From Octopus sinensis (Eukaryota), in contig NW_021832273.1 in NCBI RefSeq assembly GCF_006345805.1, positions 62,001 to 126,000 of the forward strand: a DNA stretch of 64,000 nt, in the 5' to 3' direction. A program made the translations under genes and the position numbers. Positions 1 through 12,699 of the stretch are shown here, in pieces. The notes beneath the pieces were generated by a model, which was not told the origin of the DNA, searched no databases, and saw only the letters and a list, made by a program, of their open reading frames with translations. The first letter of the stretch is position 1. Each line of letters starts with the position of its first letter.

Positions 1-269
1 ACGGATTCGAGAGACTTTACTGTATTAACAATACAGGTAATAGGGATGAAGAATTTCATAATTATGATTCGATTTGTCACAAGATTCTTTCCGAAACATT
101 CATTATTTTCTCGGCAACAAGTCTTTAATCATCCAGAATGATTGAGAACAAATGATTGATTTTTTTGAGAACAAAAGGATAGTACGAGACCATGAAATTG
201 AGAAGACAGTTTAAAAACGATACATTATGTATATGTCCATTAGTCTGAAAAGAACAAAAACATTCCTTT

Positions 270-470
270 CGTAATCATCAAAATTGGCATTAAAAATGCC
301 TTCAACTCGATACGATGTGATACAATTCTGGAGGATTGCTTTACATACTACCCATCAGTGTATAGCTATATTCATAGCTCATATGGAAAACCATCCAGTC
401 TGGTGCACGGCCAATATTACATTCCATCGTGTTCTGGAATCCAACAAGGAAACCCACTGCCTAACCCTGA
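270..470 (+). mobile_element. CRE-type non-LTR RT remnant
   Basis: Manual translation KIGIKNAFNSIRCDTIL...YGKPSSL...SGIQQGNPL matches the RT motifs of the long CRE copy at 46.4-48.5 kb (KLDICNAFNSLRRD, GVQQGDPLG). Confidence 0.7.
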
Positions 471-1607
471 ACACCAATAAATGTGAAGTTATCAATTTTA
501 AAGATCAAAATAATATAAATTAATATAAATTTAATTCAAAAAGGATCAAAATAATATAAATTTAATTCAAAAAGTCAATATTGGTTGAGATTAATTAATT
601 GATAAAATAAATACAAATTCACTTGCAAAATAAACTTTATTCAGGATATTTTAGCAGTAGTCAAATTAATTAATCATCAAACAAATAAAAAACGGAAATA
701 TTATAAAAATAAAACATTGATTGTACAAAATAATAGAATAACAATTAACAACAGAAGAAAATAATATAACGTGCTTTACAAGTGAATAATATATCATATT
801 TAATTCGATAAATTAAGAAGATTTTATTTTTCAAAATAAATAAATAATTAAACGAGTCCCAGTTAACACACTTTCTATAACACTCAGCCGCAGAGTTGAA
901 CTGGTTCCGTCTGTGCGGACTCCCACATCGTAGATAGCGCTACTGTTCCTAATAAAATCTAGAAATATGTCCAAATTTCTGACATCTGAAGCACTAGACT
1001 TCTGGTTTTTTAAACCTTCTGAATAAAATTTTATTGAAACCTATCTTCATTTCTAATTCTACCAGAGATTGGGCTTTGGTCTTGTTCTGCATCGTGAGTT
1101 TTGCCACCGGAAAAGGCATTCCTTTACAAACGAATGAAACTAGGAGAGATTGAACAGGATACCAGGTTGAACAGGTCTACCAAAGCATTTTCTGTTACCT
1201 AGTAAAGTAGGTTTAGTATTACTAGTTTTTAGTTCCGCGGTGTCAAATATTCAATTGAGTGTCCATAAAGACTTAAAAGAAGATTCCGCTCCCAATCATA
1301 AATAAAGTCGTTTATATCCTCTGCATTCCAAAATATAAGTTCGTAAAGATTCATTATGGTGTTGCGAAGTCCGGGCCCTCGGGGCGGTTGGAGATTCACA
1401 AATTATATTTGCGAATTGGATCAAATCAATTGTAGTGTTAGTCGAACATACAAGAATAGTTAGTAGAATATTTTAACCCCAACAAACTTCTAACAACAAC
1501 GTGATTCATACAAAATGGCGCATGCTTTTGAATTTGTTAAGATCGCTGACTTTGCTGAAACCTTTACCTTTAAATGGCTCCGCTCTAGCCACTTGGCAAA
1601 AGCAAAG

Positions 1608-1674
1608 AAAAAACAAGACTCCTAAATATCAAAAATTCACAACAATTCAAAACACATTGGATTCGTATTTGATT
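1608..1674 (+). repeat. 67-bp exact direct repeat, copy 1 (copy 2 at 3630-3696)
   Basis: AAAAAACAAGACTCC...CGTATTTGATT is identical at both positions. Confidence 0.9.
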
Positions 1675-2035
1675 ATTTATTCTTTCACGTTTTTCGTTTT
1701 TTTGTTACGCTTGACTCTTCTTTTAAAACACTTTAATCCGATCGATTAAATTGGAGGGAGTTAAATTGATGGTTATGACACTCCTCTCAAATATATTTTC
1801 ACTGCAAAAAAGATACATTCATTTAGAGCATAAATCAGATATTAAACTATTGATTAGTGTCAATACTAGACATAATTGAAATCATATTTACAATATTTCG
1901 CAAAATAAATTAAAACTAATCGGCAGTTAAAATAAATTATAATGATTTACAGTAATTAATATGCTAAAATCATATAAAAAGAAGCTACGACGCAGAAAGT
2001 ATTAAATTACGAGAGGTGCGGATTAAAATTACAAT

Positions 2036-2473
2036 ATGAACTCTTCAATTGATTCAGACAAATTCTCCGAACTATCACGTGTTAGTGACCTAGTCAACAA
2101 CAATATATTGGATGAAAGTAACTTTGCTTTTCCAAATATAGACTTGCTCGCTAAAAGTAGAAAACCAGGTAGACCCCAATCATCAAATAAATCTGAAGAT
2201 CAAAACAGTTCGGCAAAGTAGTATTTTTTAGATACTTTATTGTTCAGTATTGAAAAAAGGAGAAAACATGCAGATCATGAAAAACAAAGACGAAAAAAAG
2301 AAAATGAAGACATTGAAGAATTAAAAGCGCTGATGAATATTCCATCTAAGCCCAGAAATAAAGGCTTATTAGAAATAGGAGTGGCACTCGAATATTACAA
2401 AGAAGCACTTATGGAAGAAATTAAGAATTTTTTAATGAAAACAGAGGAAAAAATAAAAAGTCTTGAAGAGTAG
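2036..2473 (+). CDS. Putative bHLH transcription factor, 2 exons (intron 2218-2247)
   Basis: Removing a 30-nt GT..AG intron joins the two ORFs in frame. KRRKHADHEKQRRKKENEDIEELKALM fits a bHLH basic region plus helix 1 (H..E..RR..N...EL). Confidence 0.6.
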
Positions 2474-2759
2474 GCGTGCAGAAAATACACTGGGTCAAAT
2501 TAGTCTTTGGACACTTTTTTATTATAACTGTTTTTATTTATTTTTTCAAAAAAGATAAAAAAAAATAAGTTTATTAATAAAAAGAAACTAATTAATTAAG
2601 TAATTTTCTAAGTCCAGAGCCTTCGAAGTGAGCAGAGGATGGCACTCCACGCACCTCTCTCCCTTCAAAAAAATTACAAAATTATTTTAATTTATAGAAA
2701 AAGTTTTCATTTATTTTCAAGAGCTGGAATATTAAGTGCCGATTAGTTTTGAAAATCAA

Positions 2760-4470
2760 TCCAAAAAATTTCTAAAGTGTTCATATTCCGAAGAGTACAG
2801 TATGGAACATTATCAATAAATAGAAATTATTAAAAACTACCAAAATTAAGCCAAGAAAAAAGTGCTAATAATCCGAGACTATCTCGTAAACAACTCTTTA
2901 CTTACTTGGGCGAGGTGGGATCACTAGTATGCTCACATATCGTTACAAATGTCCCAAGAATAGAAGGATTTCATAAATGTCTACGTAAAATTCGGCTGCT
3001 TATTAAGAATCACGCCATGCACGGTTAAAATATGCCAATTTTAAATAATGTTATTTGGTCAAATGAGAGAAAGATGAAAAATTTTGAGCAGAATTATACA
3101 AGTTGGTTCATGTCAGCAAGAGGTTGGTTCATGTCAAAAATAAGAATAACGGATACTGGTGCTTTAAAAAGTTAGTTATTAGATTTATCAAAGAATGGAA
3201 TTTTGAGAGGTATAAGGACGTTTAAGGAGCAGTGTCATTTTTGAATCGAATGTAATAGCAATCTAAAAATAACCTACATTATTTTTTAAAAATCAATTAT
3301 TAATGTCACTAAATTTAACAACAATTTAAATGTGTTTTGAATATACACAGTGCTTTAAAAATGCAGGAAAAATTTGATAAAAGCAAATTCTAAAGATTTT
3401 TGTAAAAATTGATTACAATACATTTCAAAGTTAACATTAGAGGTACTATATTTATTTTATCATTGTGAACTAATTTTTTTTAATTAGTCTTTTTTTAATG
3501 AATAAGAGAAATCGTCAAAAAAATCTAGCTATTATGAACTGGCTCGCAGGATTGAAAGACAATTCCCGTGTAAAACAGCCAGCGAGATCCTCTGAATAAG
3601 GAATATAAATTCCCTCGGATCTCTGGAGCAAAAAACAAGACTCCTAAATATCAAAAATTCACAACAATTCAAAACACATTGGATTCGTATTTGATTGTGA
3701 ACTAATTCTAATTCGAAATATCATTTTCTAGACAAGTGATATCGTCGGTGGAAAAGCAAAGATTTTGAAACATAGTTTAGAGAGAAGGGAGACGCTTTGG
3801 CTTTTCCAGATGAACTCATTTGTGATGGTAAGATTAAACTGCATGGATATCTGCGGCGATACCGATATTGGACTCGTGGAATAAATCAAATTTGTAATCT
3901 CTCTACATGGCTAGTCATTGAACATCTGAAGAAAAAGGCAGAATAATTAGCATATATAAATCTGGAAAAACAGACAGAGAAATACAAGATATCACCCAAA
4001 GATTGCTCGGCACGATATCGCAAATTATCAGAAGCTATTTAAATAATTGGTCGACGGACAAAAAAGTCGGGTCTGGTCGACCATCTTTGCTCAATCAAGA
4101 AATATTCTAAATTAAAGAGGCTTGAAAAGTGGGTGTCAATTTAAACTGTTTTAAATTTGCCAAACCATTTACAGAAAAAGCAGGGAATATTTCGGCAATA
4201 GAGGCACTTTTTTCAAGTAAATAATATCGAATTGCTACCATGACCTGCACAAAGCCCAGATTTAAACCCTATAGAGAATGTTTGGGCCTTTAGTAAAGAA
4301 AAAATCAAAGGAAGAGAATTTTTGAAAAAGGAAAATTTATTTGCAGAAATATCATCCATTTGGAATGAACTCAAAATAGAATACGCAAAAAGTCTTATTA
4401 ATAGCATATCAGGCCGTATACTAGATGTAATTAGAGCTAATGGAGGACATACTAGATTCTAAATAAATTT
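2760..4470 (+). mobile_element. Degenerate Tc1-like transposon fragments
   Basis: NNVIWSNE near 3050; (W)PAQSPDLNPIENVW near 4240-4290; C-terminal ANGGHTRF* near 4440. Confidence 0.75.
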
Positions 4471-4798
4471 AAGGAAGTTGATAAAATCTTAATTTAAATA
4501 TAACAGAAATTTACTTTCTGAGACAAGAGCTACGATTTAACTATATCACTACTGAAAAAAGAATGACATCAATATAATCCAAATGCGTTTCCATGGTTTG
4601 ATTAGAATCTATGGTTTGATTAGTTTGAATGGGTAAACCTGTTCGAGAGGGTGCACGCTTCATATCACCCAGAGCACGTTGAATAATCTATTTTTAATAA
4701 TAGATTGGGCTCGTAAATATATATGACTTCACCATGTTCTGTGTGAGAGTCTGTAAAAAATTTATCAGGCGTCCTTAAAGGTTGAGTTAATCCTAAAT

Positions 4799-5760
4799 AC
4801 AGTGAAACCTCTCGAATCCGCTCCTCAAGTATTACGAAAAATAATTTTTTATTTAATTGTAAGTTAAATTAATTAACATTTTAAAATTTAAATTGTATTT
4901 TTGTGATGCGTCGTTGTGTCGGACTTTCTATTAACGAAAAAATTTCTATACTATGTTATATTTCTGACAACCCATTTATTTCTGCACCTCAAATTTCCAG
5001 GATTTTTTCTTCACGATTAAAAAGAAAATTTCTCCGACCTTAAATCAAAATCGGACCTTTTGAATAGAACTGATATCCAAAAATTAAACATAACGAGAAT
5101 TCCAAAACTCAAATTTAATGAAATTGATGTAGCGATGATAAGTTGGATTGACTTAATGGAATCTAGTGGAGCAATTCTATCAGATTCGATGTTAATTGCA
5201 AAAGCTCTTAAATTTGGAAAAAATGATCCAGAATTTAAAGCAAGTCGTGGGTGGGTAGAAAAGTTTAAATTACGAAATGGTATCAAGTTAAGAAAATTTT
5301 ATCGAGACAGTGTATCAGTAAATCATGATGAAAAATCTATTACTGATTTTAATGAAACAATCAGTTTAAAAATTGATTTTCTTTACTATTATGCGCAAAT
5401 TGTTCTGGTTCCGATAAAAGAAGGCCTGTAATGATAGGATGATTCAAAATTCCAAGGTGTTTTATAAATTTCAACATTTGAAAATATGTTACCTACACCC
5501 ATTCCAAAAAGGCATGGATAAACCGTGAAATTTTCAACAAGTGGCTCAATGATTTTGATTGTGAACTTGCGAAGAAAAAAAGAAAAATTCTACTTGCAAT
5601 AGATCGATTCCCATCTCATCAAATTATTGTCACGTTAAACTCTATTGAAATTCTTTTTTTGCCTCCTAGAACTTCCTCGGTCTTACAACCAATGGATCAA
5701 GGAATTATAAAATGCTTTAAGCCAGGATTTGAAAACAAATGATATAATCTAAAAGGTTGA
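4799..5760 (+). mobile_element. pogo/Tigger-like transposon remnant
   Basis: Left end TA-CAGTGAAACCTC; ORF 5060-5431 has a CENP-B-type HTH (FKASRGWVEKFKLR); DDE motif FLPP..SSVLQPMDQGIIKCFK near 5660-5720. Confidence 0.85.
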
Positions 5761-5866
5761 GGCAGGGGAAAATTGTCAGAATCAATTAATGCAATCACCC
5801 TTATTTGATTTGAGTACGAAGACATTTTAGATATAAAAACAGCGTGCTATTTTGAATATAAAATTT

Positions 5867-5972
5867 AAGGAGAAATGATCATCGGGAACGGACATGACTT
5901 TTCCAACGCATATCAATAGCCATCTTGCGTGGGAATTGCCATTCCATCTTATCTTCTGCTAATAATTAAATA
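5867..5972. repeat. ~105-bp dispersed repeat, copy 1 (copy 2 about 11703-11808)
   Basis: GATCATCGGGAACGGACATG...CTTGCGTG.GAATTGCCATTC..CTTATC is shared, with substitutions between copies. Confidence 0.85.
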
Positions 5973-6586
5973 CGTGTTCAAAAAAAATTAAGGATAAACA
6001 CAATAAAAGAAATGTTAATACATTAAATCTGAAACATTAAAATTAACATGTATAAATACTTGTATTATATTTAAATTCAAATATTTTATTAAATATATTA
6101 TCGCTCCCTTTGACTTAATTATCGCCCCCCTGTACAGAATTTTTGCCCCTAGGGGGGGTATTCGCCCCCGGCTGAGAACACCTGCATCAGGAGATAGAAA
6201 ATGCGACCAAAAAAATTGGAAGTGTCCTTGAGAAAGAATTTGCATTTTGAATCTAAATTAAACAAAAAAGAGGGAAACAAAGCAGAAGAGGCATACTTTT
6301 CTCATTAATTTTCTTTCCCTTTTCGGCTTTTCCCTTTGAATAAATAATAATTCATTTATTCAACGAGAGGACACATGTGTAGATTCAATCGTTTGGCTGC
6401 TGACTCCAGAGAAACGTGGTATGATTAAAATAATCTTGTGGTAGATAATTTAGTTGACTATAATTATGCTAATTATATATTAGGAGTTTCTAATTATCAA
6501 AATAAAACCAATTCAATTACAGAATACATCATTTCGATTACATCAATAAATTAATTTATATTTAATCGTAAAAACTAATTTCCAGC

Positions 6587-6913
6587 TCAATAGACCATCC
6601 TCCTCTTTGCCCCAACACGGACAACCTTGACCGGTCTCCAAACTTCTTTTAGGCAATCTAAAGGATCATTCTTCTTTTCCCGGATGGGACGACTTTCATC
6701 AGGTTCCAATTCACAGTTCCATCGCTCTTCCTCTCGATTAATGTTATTATAGGAGTAGGACTCTTTTTCAAATGCTCCCGTCATTAAGTCGGTTTCGTCG
6801 AGTTTCTGATTTATGTTGTTATCAAGAAAAGTTATATTTTCTTCAAAACCGTCGTCCTTTTGGGACATCATTCCATGTTTATAATCGATGCACATACTTT
6901 CAAGAGTCTTCAT
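6587..6913 (-). CDS. Unassigned ORF, possible last exon of a host gene
   Basis: 108-aa acidic ORF in an AT-rich context; no motif recognised. Confidence 0.3.
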   Translation of the reverse strand: MKTLESMCIDYKHGMMSQKDDGFEENITFLDNNINQKLDETDLMTGAFEKESYSYNNINREEERWNCELEPDESRPIREKKNDPLDCLKEVWRPVKVVRVGAKRRMVY

Positions 6914-7299
6914 GATAATAGTTTGGATGTATGCTCTTACAGGGTACTCAATTTTCAGACCATTCTGGTATTGTTTGTAGTATTTACTGACAATGGAATC
7001 CCAACAGAATATTTAATATTCTGATAATTCTGTGAAGTTAACAATATATTTTATCAATTCTGGGCTGATAACTCAAAAATTTCTACATCTGCACGTTCGC
7101 TTAACATCACACGCACATGCATTCAGTCATTTACTATAAAGAAAACCCTTCAGAAAAACGACGTTTAACAGTGGAAAATGAAGAATAAAAGAGATTTATC
7201 ACCAAATAAGTGTGTTTACAACATATCCAGTGCCTGCCAGTACCTCGATAAGAAAGAGGCGGCTTTTCTACCTGAATCACTATGCGAATAGAGGATGTA

Positions 7300-8215
7300 T
7301 TTATTTTTCTTATTTTATTTAACAACCAAGACCACGGTAAAAACCGAACAAACGTCACGTGATCCCGATGCACTCGACCAGGGACCTCATCCTCGCTCGG
7401 TGATCTTTCCACGAGCCCACACAAGAACGCACCGGGCGGCTGGCCGTTTTTGACGGGGAATTTGCAGACGGACAGAGGTTCAGCTTGATAAGATCTTCCA
7501 GAGGAGCCGGAGCGGGGCGTTCGTTATCGTGTGACCAACGATCGGTAAATCTGTGGGCCCTTTGTTAGACCTCCTCGATTCGCCTCCTTTTTGTACCACA
7601 ATAACCGCGGACCCCATGATCCGCAGGCGTAGGAAATTGACGGTTCGAAGTATTGGCAGTAGATATTTGTCAGTACCGGATGTGAACCGTTTTTTATAAG
7701 CCGGATAAAGTTCTGAGGACGTTCAATTTCTTTTCGCATTTGCGAAGGAGGTTATCTGCGTGCGGGGAGAAACAGAGGTGCATGTCGAGGGTTACCCCTA
7801 GGACCGTCTGACTACTGTAGAAGGGTACGGACGCATTGTTCGGCTTCAAATCAACTGAAGTCCTTCCCAATCTTTTGTCCGATGTGAAAAGGGACGTGGC
7901 GGACTTCGCCGCGTTTACCACGAGTCGGTTGACCGTGAGCCATAGGTTCAGCCGATTCAAGTCAGCTTAGAACCTTCCAAAGGCTTTCTAGATGTCCCGG
8001 TCCCGTGAGGCTAATACGATGTTGTCCGTGTATGAGAGGACAATGTCATTATTATCCAGGGAGGGCGGGAGATCTTCCAGAAAAAAGTCGAAAAGGGCCG
8101 GGGATAAATGAGATCCCTGGGGTATTCCGTTGGGCAGAAGACGAGATGTGGACTTTAAGCCTCCGAGGCAGACACTTCCCTTTCGTCCACTTTGGAAGTT
8201 GATGATCCATAGTTT
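7300..8215 (-). mobile_element. Jockey/I-like LINE 3' fragment
   Basis: RT C-terminal motifs LGVTLD.HLCFSPH...LNVLRTLSG and YCQYFEPSISYACGSW; A-rich tail near 7300-7325. Confidence 0.75.
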
Positions 8216-8274
8216 GAGTTTCGGAGGAAATTTAGTTTGGAATATTTTCCTTTATAAGAGATTATTTAATTAAT

Positions 8275-8928
8275 TTGGATGACGACTGCCTGAGGATCGG
8301 GATCTCCCTCCGGCTTGGCCTTGACATATGCAGCATCCTCCGATGCCGATGTGGAGCCAAAGTCGACGATAAAGGGCTCCACCCTCTTTCGTGTCGCAGG
8401 AGTGCCGGTCGAAGTCCCCGCCACGCCTCGCTAAATTACGTCGTGCTTAGAGCCCTCAAGGCTGCAGGCTTCCCGCCACAACTTGAGCCTGTCGGATTGG
8501 ACCGTGGTGACGGCAAACGCCCAGACGGAATGACAATCTTTCCTTTTCGGGACGGCAAGTGCCTCGTCTGGGATGCTACGTGCATCGACTCTTTCTCTCC
8601 ATCGGCAATCATGTCACTTCCTCCGGGTCCGCTGCGGAAAAGGCTCAGACGGCCAAAATTAAAAAATACCAAGAACTTGGACGCCGTTTTATATTCGTAC
8701 CAATCGCTTTGGAAACATCGGGGGTCGCAGGGCCTCTAACCTCGGCCTTCATCAGCGACATCGGGAGGAAATTGGCCCACAGGACGAAAGTGCAACGCGA
8801 GGTTTCGTGGCTATTCCGCAGGAGGGTGCGTGCTTTATCCCCCCGGAGTTTCCCCTCTGTACATTCCTAACTTAATTTGTTTTCTCTCAAAAAAAATTAA
8901 TTTAAGTTATGTATCGATCAAAAGGAGA
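8275..8928 (+). mobile_element. 5'-truncated CRE-type element (restriction-like endonuclease end) with 16-bp TSD
   Basis: CRCG..HPLSC..RH..EP..RPDG..WD motif; AGATTATTTAATTAAT flanks the element at 8259-8274 and 8929-8944. Confidence 0.9.
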
Positions 8929-9839
8929 AGATTATTTAATTAATACTTAAGTTCTTTGAATTGATGTTTCTATTAAGATACGATATAATTTATATTGTAT
9001 CTCTATTAAGGGTTTTAATAGAATCCAAAACTCTTTTAGGAAAAAGCTGAAATCGTGGCAGTGACCCTCGAATTTCCTCTTTTTCTATATATTAAAAATA
9101 TCAGTGCCAGCTATTTTAGAAAAATTAAAATGATACTTTGTATAGTTTTGGAATTAACTAACTTTGATAAAACCCAATCCAATTTATCCATCAATCTGAA
9201 AAAGACGAGCTGGCTTTTTCATTGAATCTTGGTCGCTTTGCTCCGCGAAAATTGCCATTCAATACGTAGACAACTGTTATGCTTCGGACGAATCTTGAAT
9301 CGATAGATGACCAAAGACACTTACCCACAAACAAAAGAACGTGCGAATAGATGGCGGGGAGGATGGCTCTAGGCATGACTCAAGCGAAACTCTTCTAGGG
9401 CAACGCGAAAGAACTTTAAACTAACTAACTAGTTTCGTAATCAACTTAATTACTATTCTTGTGAGTTTGTGATTAGATACTATCCTTTCTGACAATCGAA
9501 ATGATGCTGGAAACTAATCTACCAATCAAGCCAATAATATCGGGAAATTCTTAAGTATTTATTTGAAGTATTAAATTTTAGATTCTAGTTGTTATTGATT
9601 CAATTTTGAAGCATGCAATGGTTAAGGTTGCAACTTTCAAAAACTCCAAAGTCTTGCTAATAATCAATTCCGATAATGGAAGAAAGTTTAATGGTTGAGT
9701 TATGTGCATCTCTCAAACCCCATAAAAGTACGTCTGTAAAATGCCCATCTTACTGTATAACTCAGGAACATGAGGACTGAATTGAAATTTTTTAAAAATC
9801 TCAGTGCTTTTCACAGGAAATAATTTTTAACTCAGAGAG

Positions 9840-10140
9840 CTCTCACCTCCGCGGGAGTTCCGTCATCCTCGAACCGGTTGGGCTGGATAGAAGTTGTTTA
9901 CGACTCGGTCTTCGCCTATGTGAGCCACATTTCTGCCGCTGTGGGCGAAAATCTGTCGCTTTGGTCAACACGCGCTATCATGTAAACGCAGCGCTGGCCA
10001 TATGCTCTAAAAGATCTCATCAGAAAAGCCTTAGAAGTCGCCGGAATCCCCTCCATACTCGAGCCACTGGGATCGACCAAGAGGCCCTTTGATGCAGGTC
10101 TGAATAATTCGATCTCTCTTGACGCTGTCAAAAGCGTTTT
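9840..10140. mobile_element. Scrambled CRE remnants on both strands
   Basis: Plus strand: CRCG..LKDLIRKALEVAGIPSILEPLG. Minus strand: AFDSVKRDRII. Confidence 0.55.
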
Positions 10141-10259
10141 TGAAATCGAGTTTAACAGCGATCTAGAAAAAAATCTATATAAGACTGATTGTGTTCCTCA
10201 ATTTGTCGAGTACAAAGATGTTTGGCTTGTTATCAACCTCGGAAAATAATAAATATAGT

Positions 10260-11380
10260 TTTTATAAACAGTTTAATCAAAATAACAACGTCAGGAAGTG
10301 AGCGGCCAAGCTCGATCTGCGAGCGCGACGGGGCAGAAGTCCAGTCGAACGGATTGCTTGCGCGTTGCCGCGCACGATTGCAAGCGAGATCCTCTGCCTC
10401 AGCCAAGAGGACTCCGAGCATCCATTTTCGTCCGAGTAATGAGGATACCGAGGTCTTTCATGAAGCATGAGGTGAGCGGACCGGAAACGCCTGATGTCCC
10501 AAAGCCCAGAGGCACGAAGGAATGCCGAGTGGCAAGATTCTTGTACTTTTCGACTTTGCGGGCTTCCGCCAAAGCAGCGGCCAAGCCGGAAAAAGAAACA
10601 GATGACAAAAGGGCGGATGGGGACCACGTGTCTGCACACATGGCATCCCAGATGAGGCAATTGCCATTCCGGAATGGGAAAGTAGTCATTTTATCCGACC
10701 GTTTGCCGTCCCCTCTGTCCAATCCGGCGGGTTCTAGCACATTGGGGAAGCCAGCAGCATTGAGTGCTTTTGAGATTATGTCCTTGATTGCTTCCTGGCG
10801 AGGCGAGCGGCCTGCGCTTCGGCGGCAGGAGAGGGGGTGAAGGGCTTTCACGTCCACCGTACTTTTGCATCGGCAGGGATGAGGGGCGCAGACATCAAGA
10901 CCCAGCCGAAGAGCAACCCCGATACGCAGTGTTTCGTTGTCTAATAGGGAACCCGTCGATGACGTTGGGTAAGCGTCGAGCCAGGATCCACTATGCTCGT
11001 GTGCTGCAGCAAGCAAGCACGCCTGGCGGTGTTGGTCCAAGGCCGGTTGGAGCGTAGAGAACGAGTGTGCTGCCCAGATCTCGTCCCAATCCCTCTGTCT
11101 GGACATCTCAGAAGGGATCTGAAGGTTGGAGTTGGTCCAGAATTTAAGGAGGTCAGCAACTCCAGAGAGAGTTTGTTGAAGGGGAGTAGAACCTCTCGGA
11201 CAAGTTGACGGCTTCTGGAAATTGAAGAGAAATGCGCGTGTGGCGCCAGATCTTTAGGCGAGCGAAGACCGGCCCATCCGAACCTGACGGGGAGTTTTGC
11301 AGGCGTCCAACTGATTTCGTCAAAGGAAATGCTCAAAACTGCTTCCGAAAATCTTTTCATTAACAATCTGATCAAACTTA
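10260..11380 (-). mobile_element. CRE-type element 3' half, frameshifted
   Basis: ORFs 10941-11375, 10399-11106 and 10277-10660 carry [31 protein letters not shown] and WLRQRISLAIVRGNA. Confidence 0.9.
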
Positions 11381-11839
11381 AAGAGCTCGCATATATAGAT
11401 TTATATTATAGATTAAATTTTGTGCGATAGAATAATAATCAATCGAAAACAAGGTATGCAGGTCAATTTCCGAAATGTAATATCCGGATCTCAAACTGCA
11501 AAGAATAGCACTAACAAAAATTCAAAAGCATGTTTACATAAATTTATTATTTTATTTTTTACAAAATACTTTAATGAAATATTGTAATAAAGTAATTTAG
11601 GCGATTTCTCATCTTTGAATAATACAGAGTTTAATTCTGATTGTTTAAAAATCGATTAAAAATTGCTTATAATTATTATATATTCAAGGAGAAACGATCA
11701 AAGAGAAACGATCATCGGGAACGGACATGGCTATTCCAAAGCGTATCAATAGTGATCTTGCGTGAGAATTGCCATTCATCTTATCCTCTGCTGCTAATTA
11801 AATATTTATTAACACTTTTTAAAAAATAAATGATGAAAT

Positions 11840-12600
11840 TATGTATTGCCTGATTAGTCAGTTATTAAAACTTTCCTGAGTGGTATGTTGATATGACGGG
11901 CATTCTCATCAAATAGAGACGGTGGATCGTCTTGGGCAAGTAAAAAAGTGTCAAGAAAGTTTTGATATCATTAAAAAAATAGGGAACTCAATCGAAAAAT
12001 ATATCTCTGTTATTAGTGATTTAATCGATGAATTTGAAACACGTTTGAATGATTTTATAAAAGTTCTACATATTATGAAAATATTTCCGTCACCTATGGG
12101 AACAAATACTGCAACCGCTTCATGTATGAGCTGGAGCTAATTTAAATTGAGGCAGATTTACAGCGCTATTTAATTAAAGTAAACTATTGGATTTTTGGAG
12201 TCAAATTCGAGAATGAAAATATCCGAACTTGGTCGATAATGCTAAAAAATGCATCAGTCTTTGGAAAAACGTATGATGTGTAAATCTTTTCAGTAAACTT
12301 ATGCGAATAAAAAGTAAGTATCGAAATCGACTAACTAGTGAACACCTAATTCAACTTTACGAACTTTGTCTTTGAACTTTACCCCTCTTTTCAATAAAAT
12401 AGTAGACGCCAAGCAAAATCAAGTCTCACATTGATTCTCTTATTAACTAATAAAGCCTTTTTTGATCAAATAAAATATTTTTTGTGCGGCCCGGAATGAT
12501 ACTCATAATTATCGATTTAGTCCTTAAGCTAAAAAGATTGAGAACTCTTACTCTTAATTATTGATCTGGCCCTTGAGCTACAAATGTTGAGAATCACTGC
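11840..12600 (+). mobile_element. hAT (SPIN/Charlie-like) 3' remnant
   Basis: LIDEFETRLNDF, FGKTY..IKSKYRNRLT.EHL dimerisation-region remnant; right end GTTGAGAATCACTG. Confidence 0.7.
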
Positions 12601-12699
12601 TAGACATAAAATCGGACTGCACGGTACTGTTTTATTAGTGTTGAACATGAAGTTTGCGGCCTGCATGTTTGACACTCATCGTCTAAGATATCTATGTTC

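Noticed and set aside
2895-2935. U1 snRNA-like 5' end (TACTTACTTGG..GATCAC)
   Set aside because: It lies inside a Tc1 remnant and has no U1A loop or Sm site at the expected spacing.
10298-10840. 180-aa plus-strand ORF and similar long antisense ORFs (45401-45931, 54031-54612, 54724-55341)
   Set aside because: Shadow frames opposite GC-rich retroelement coding sequence.
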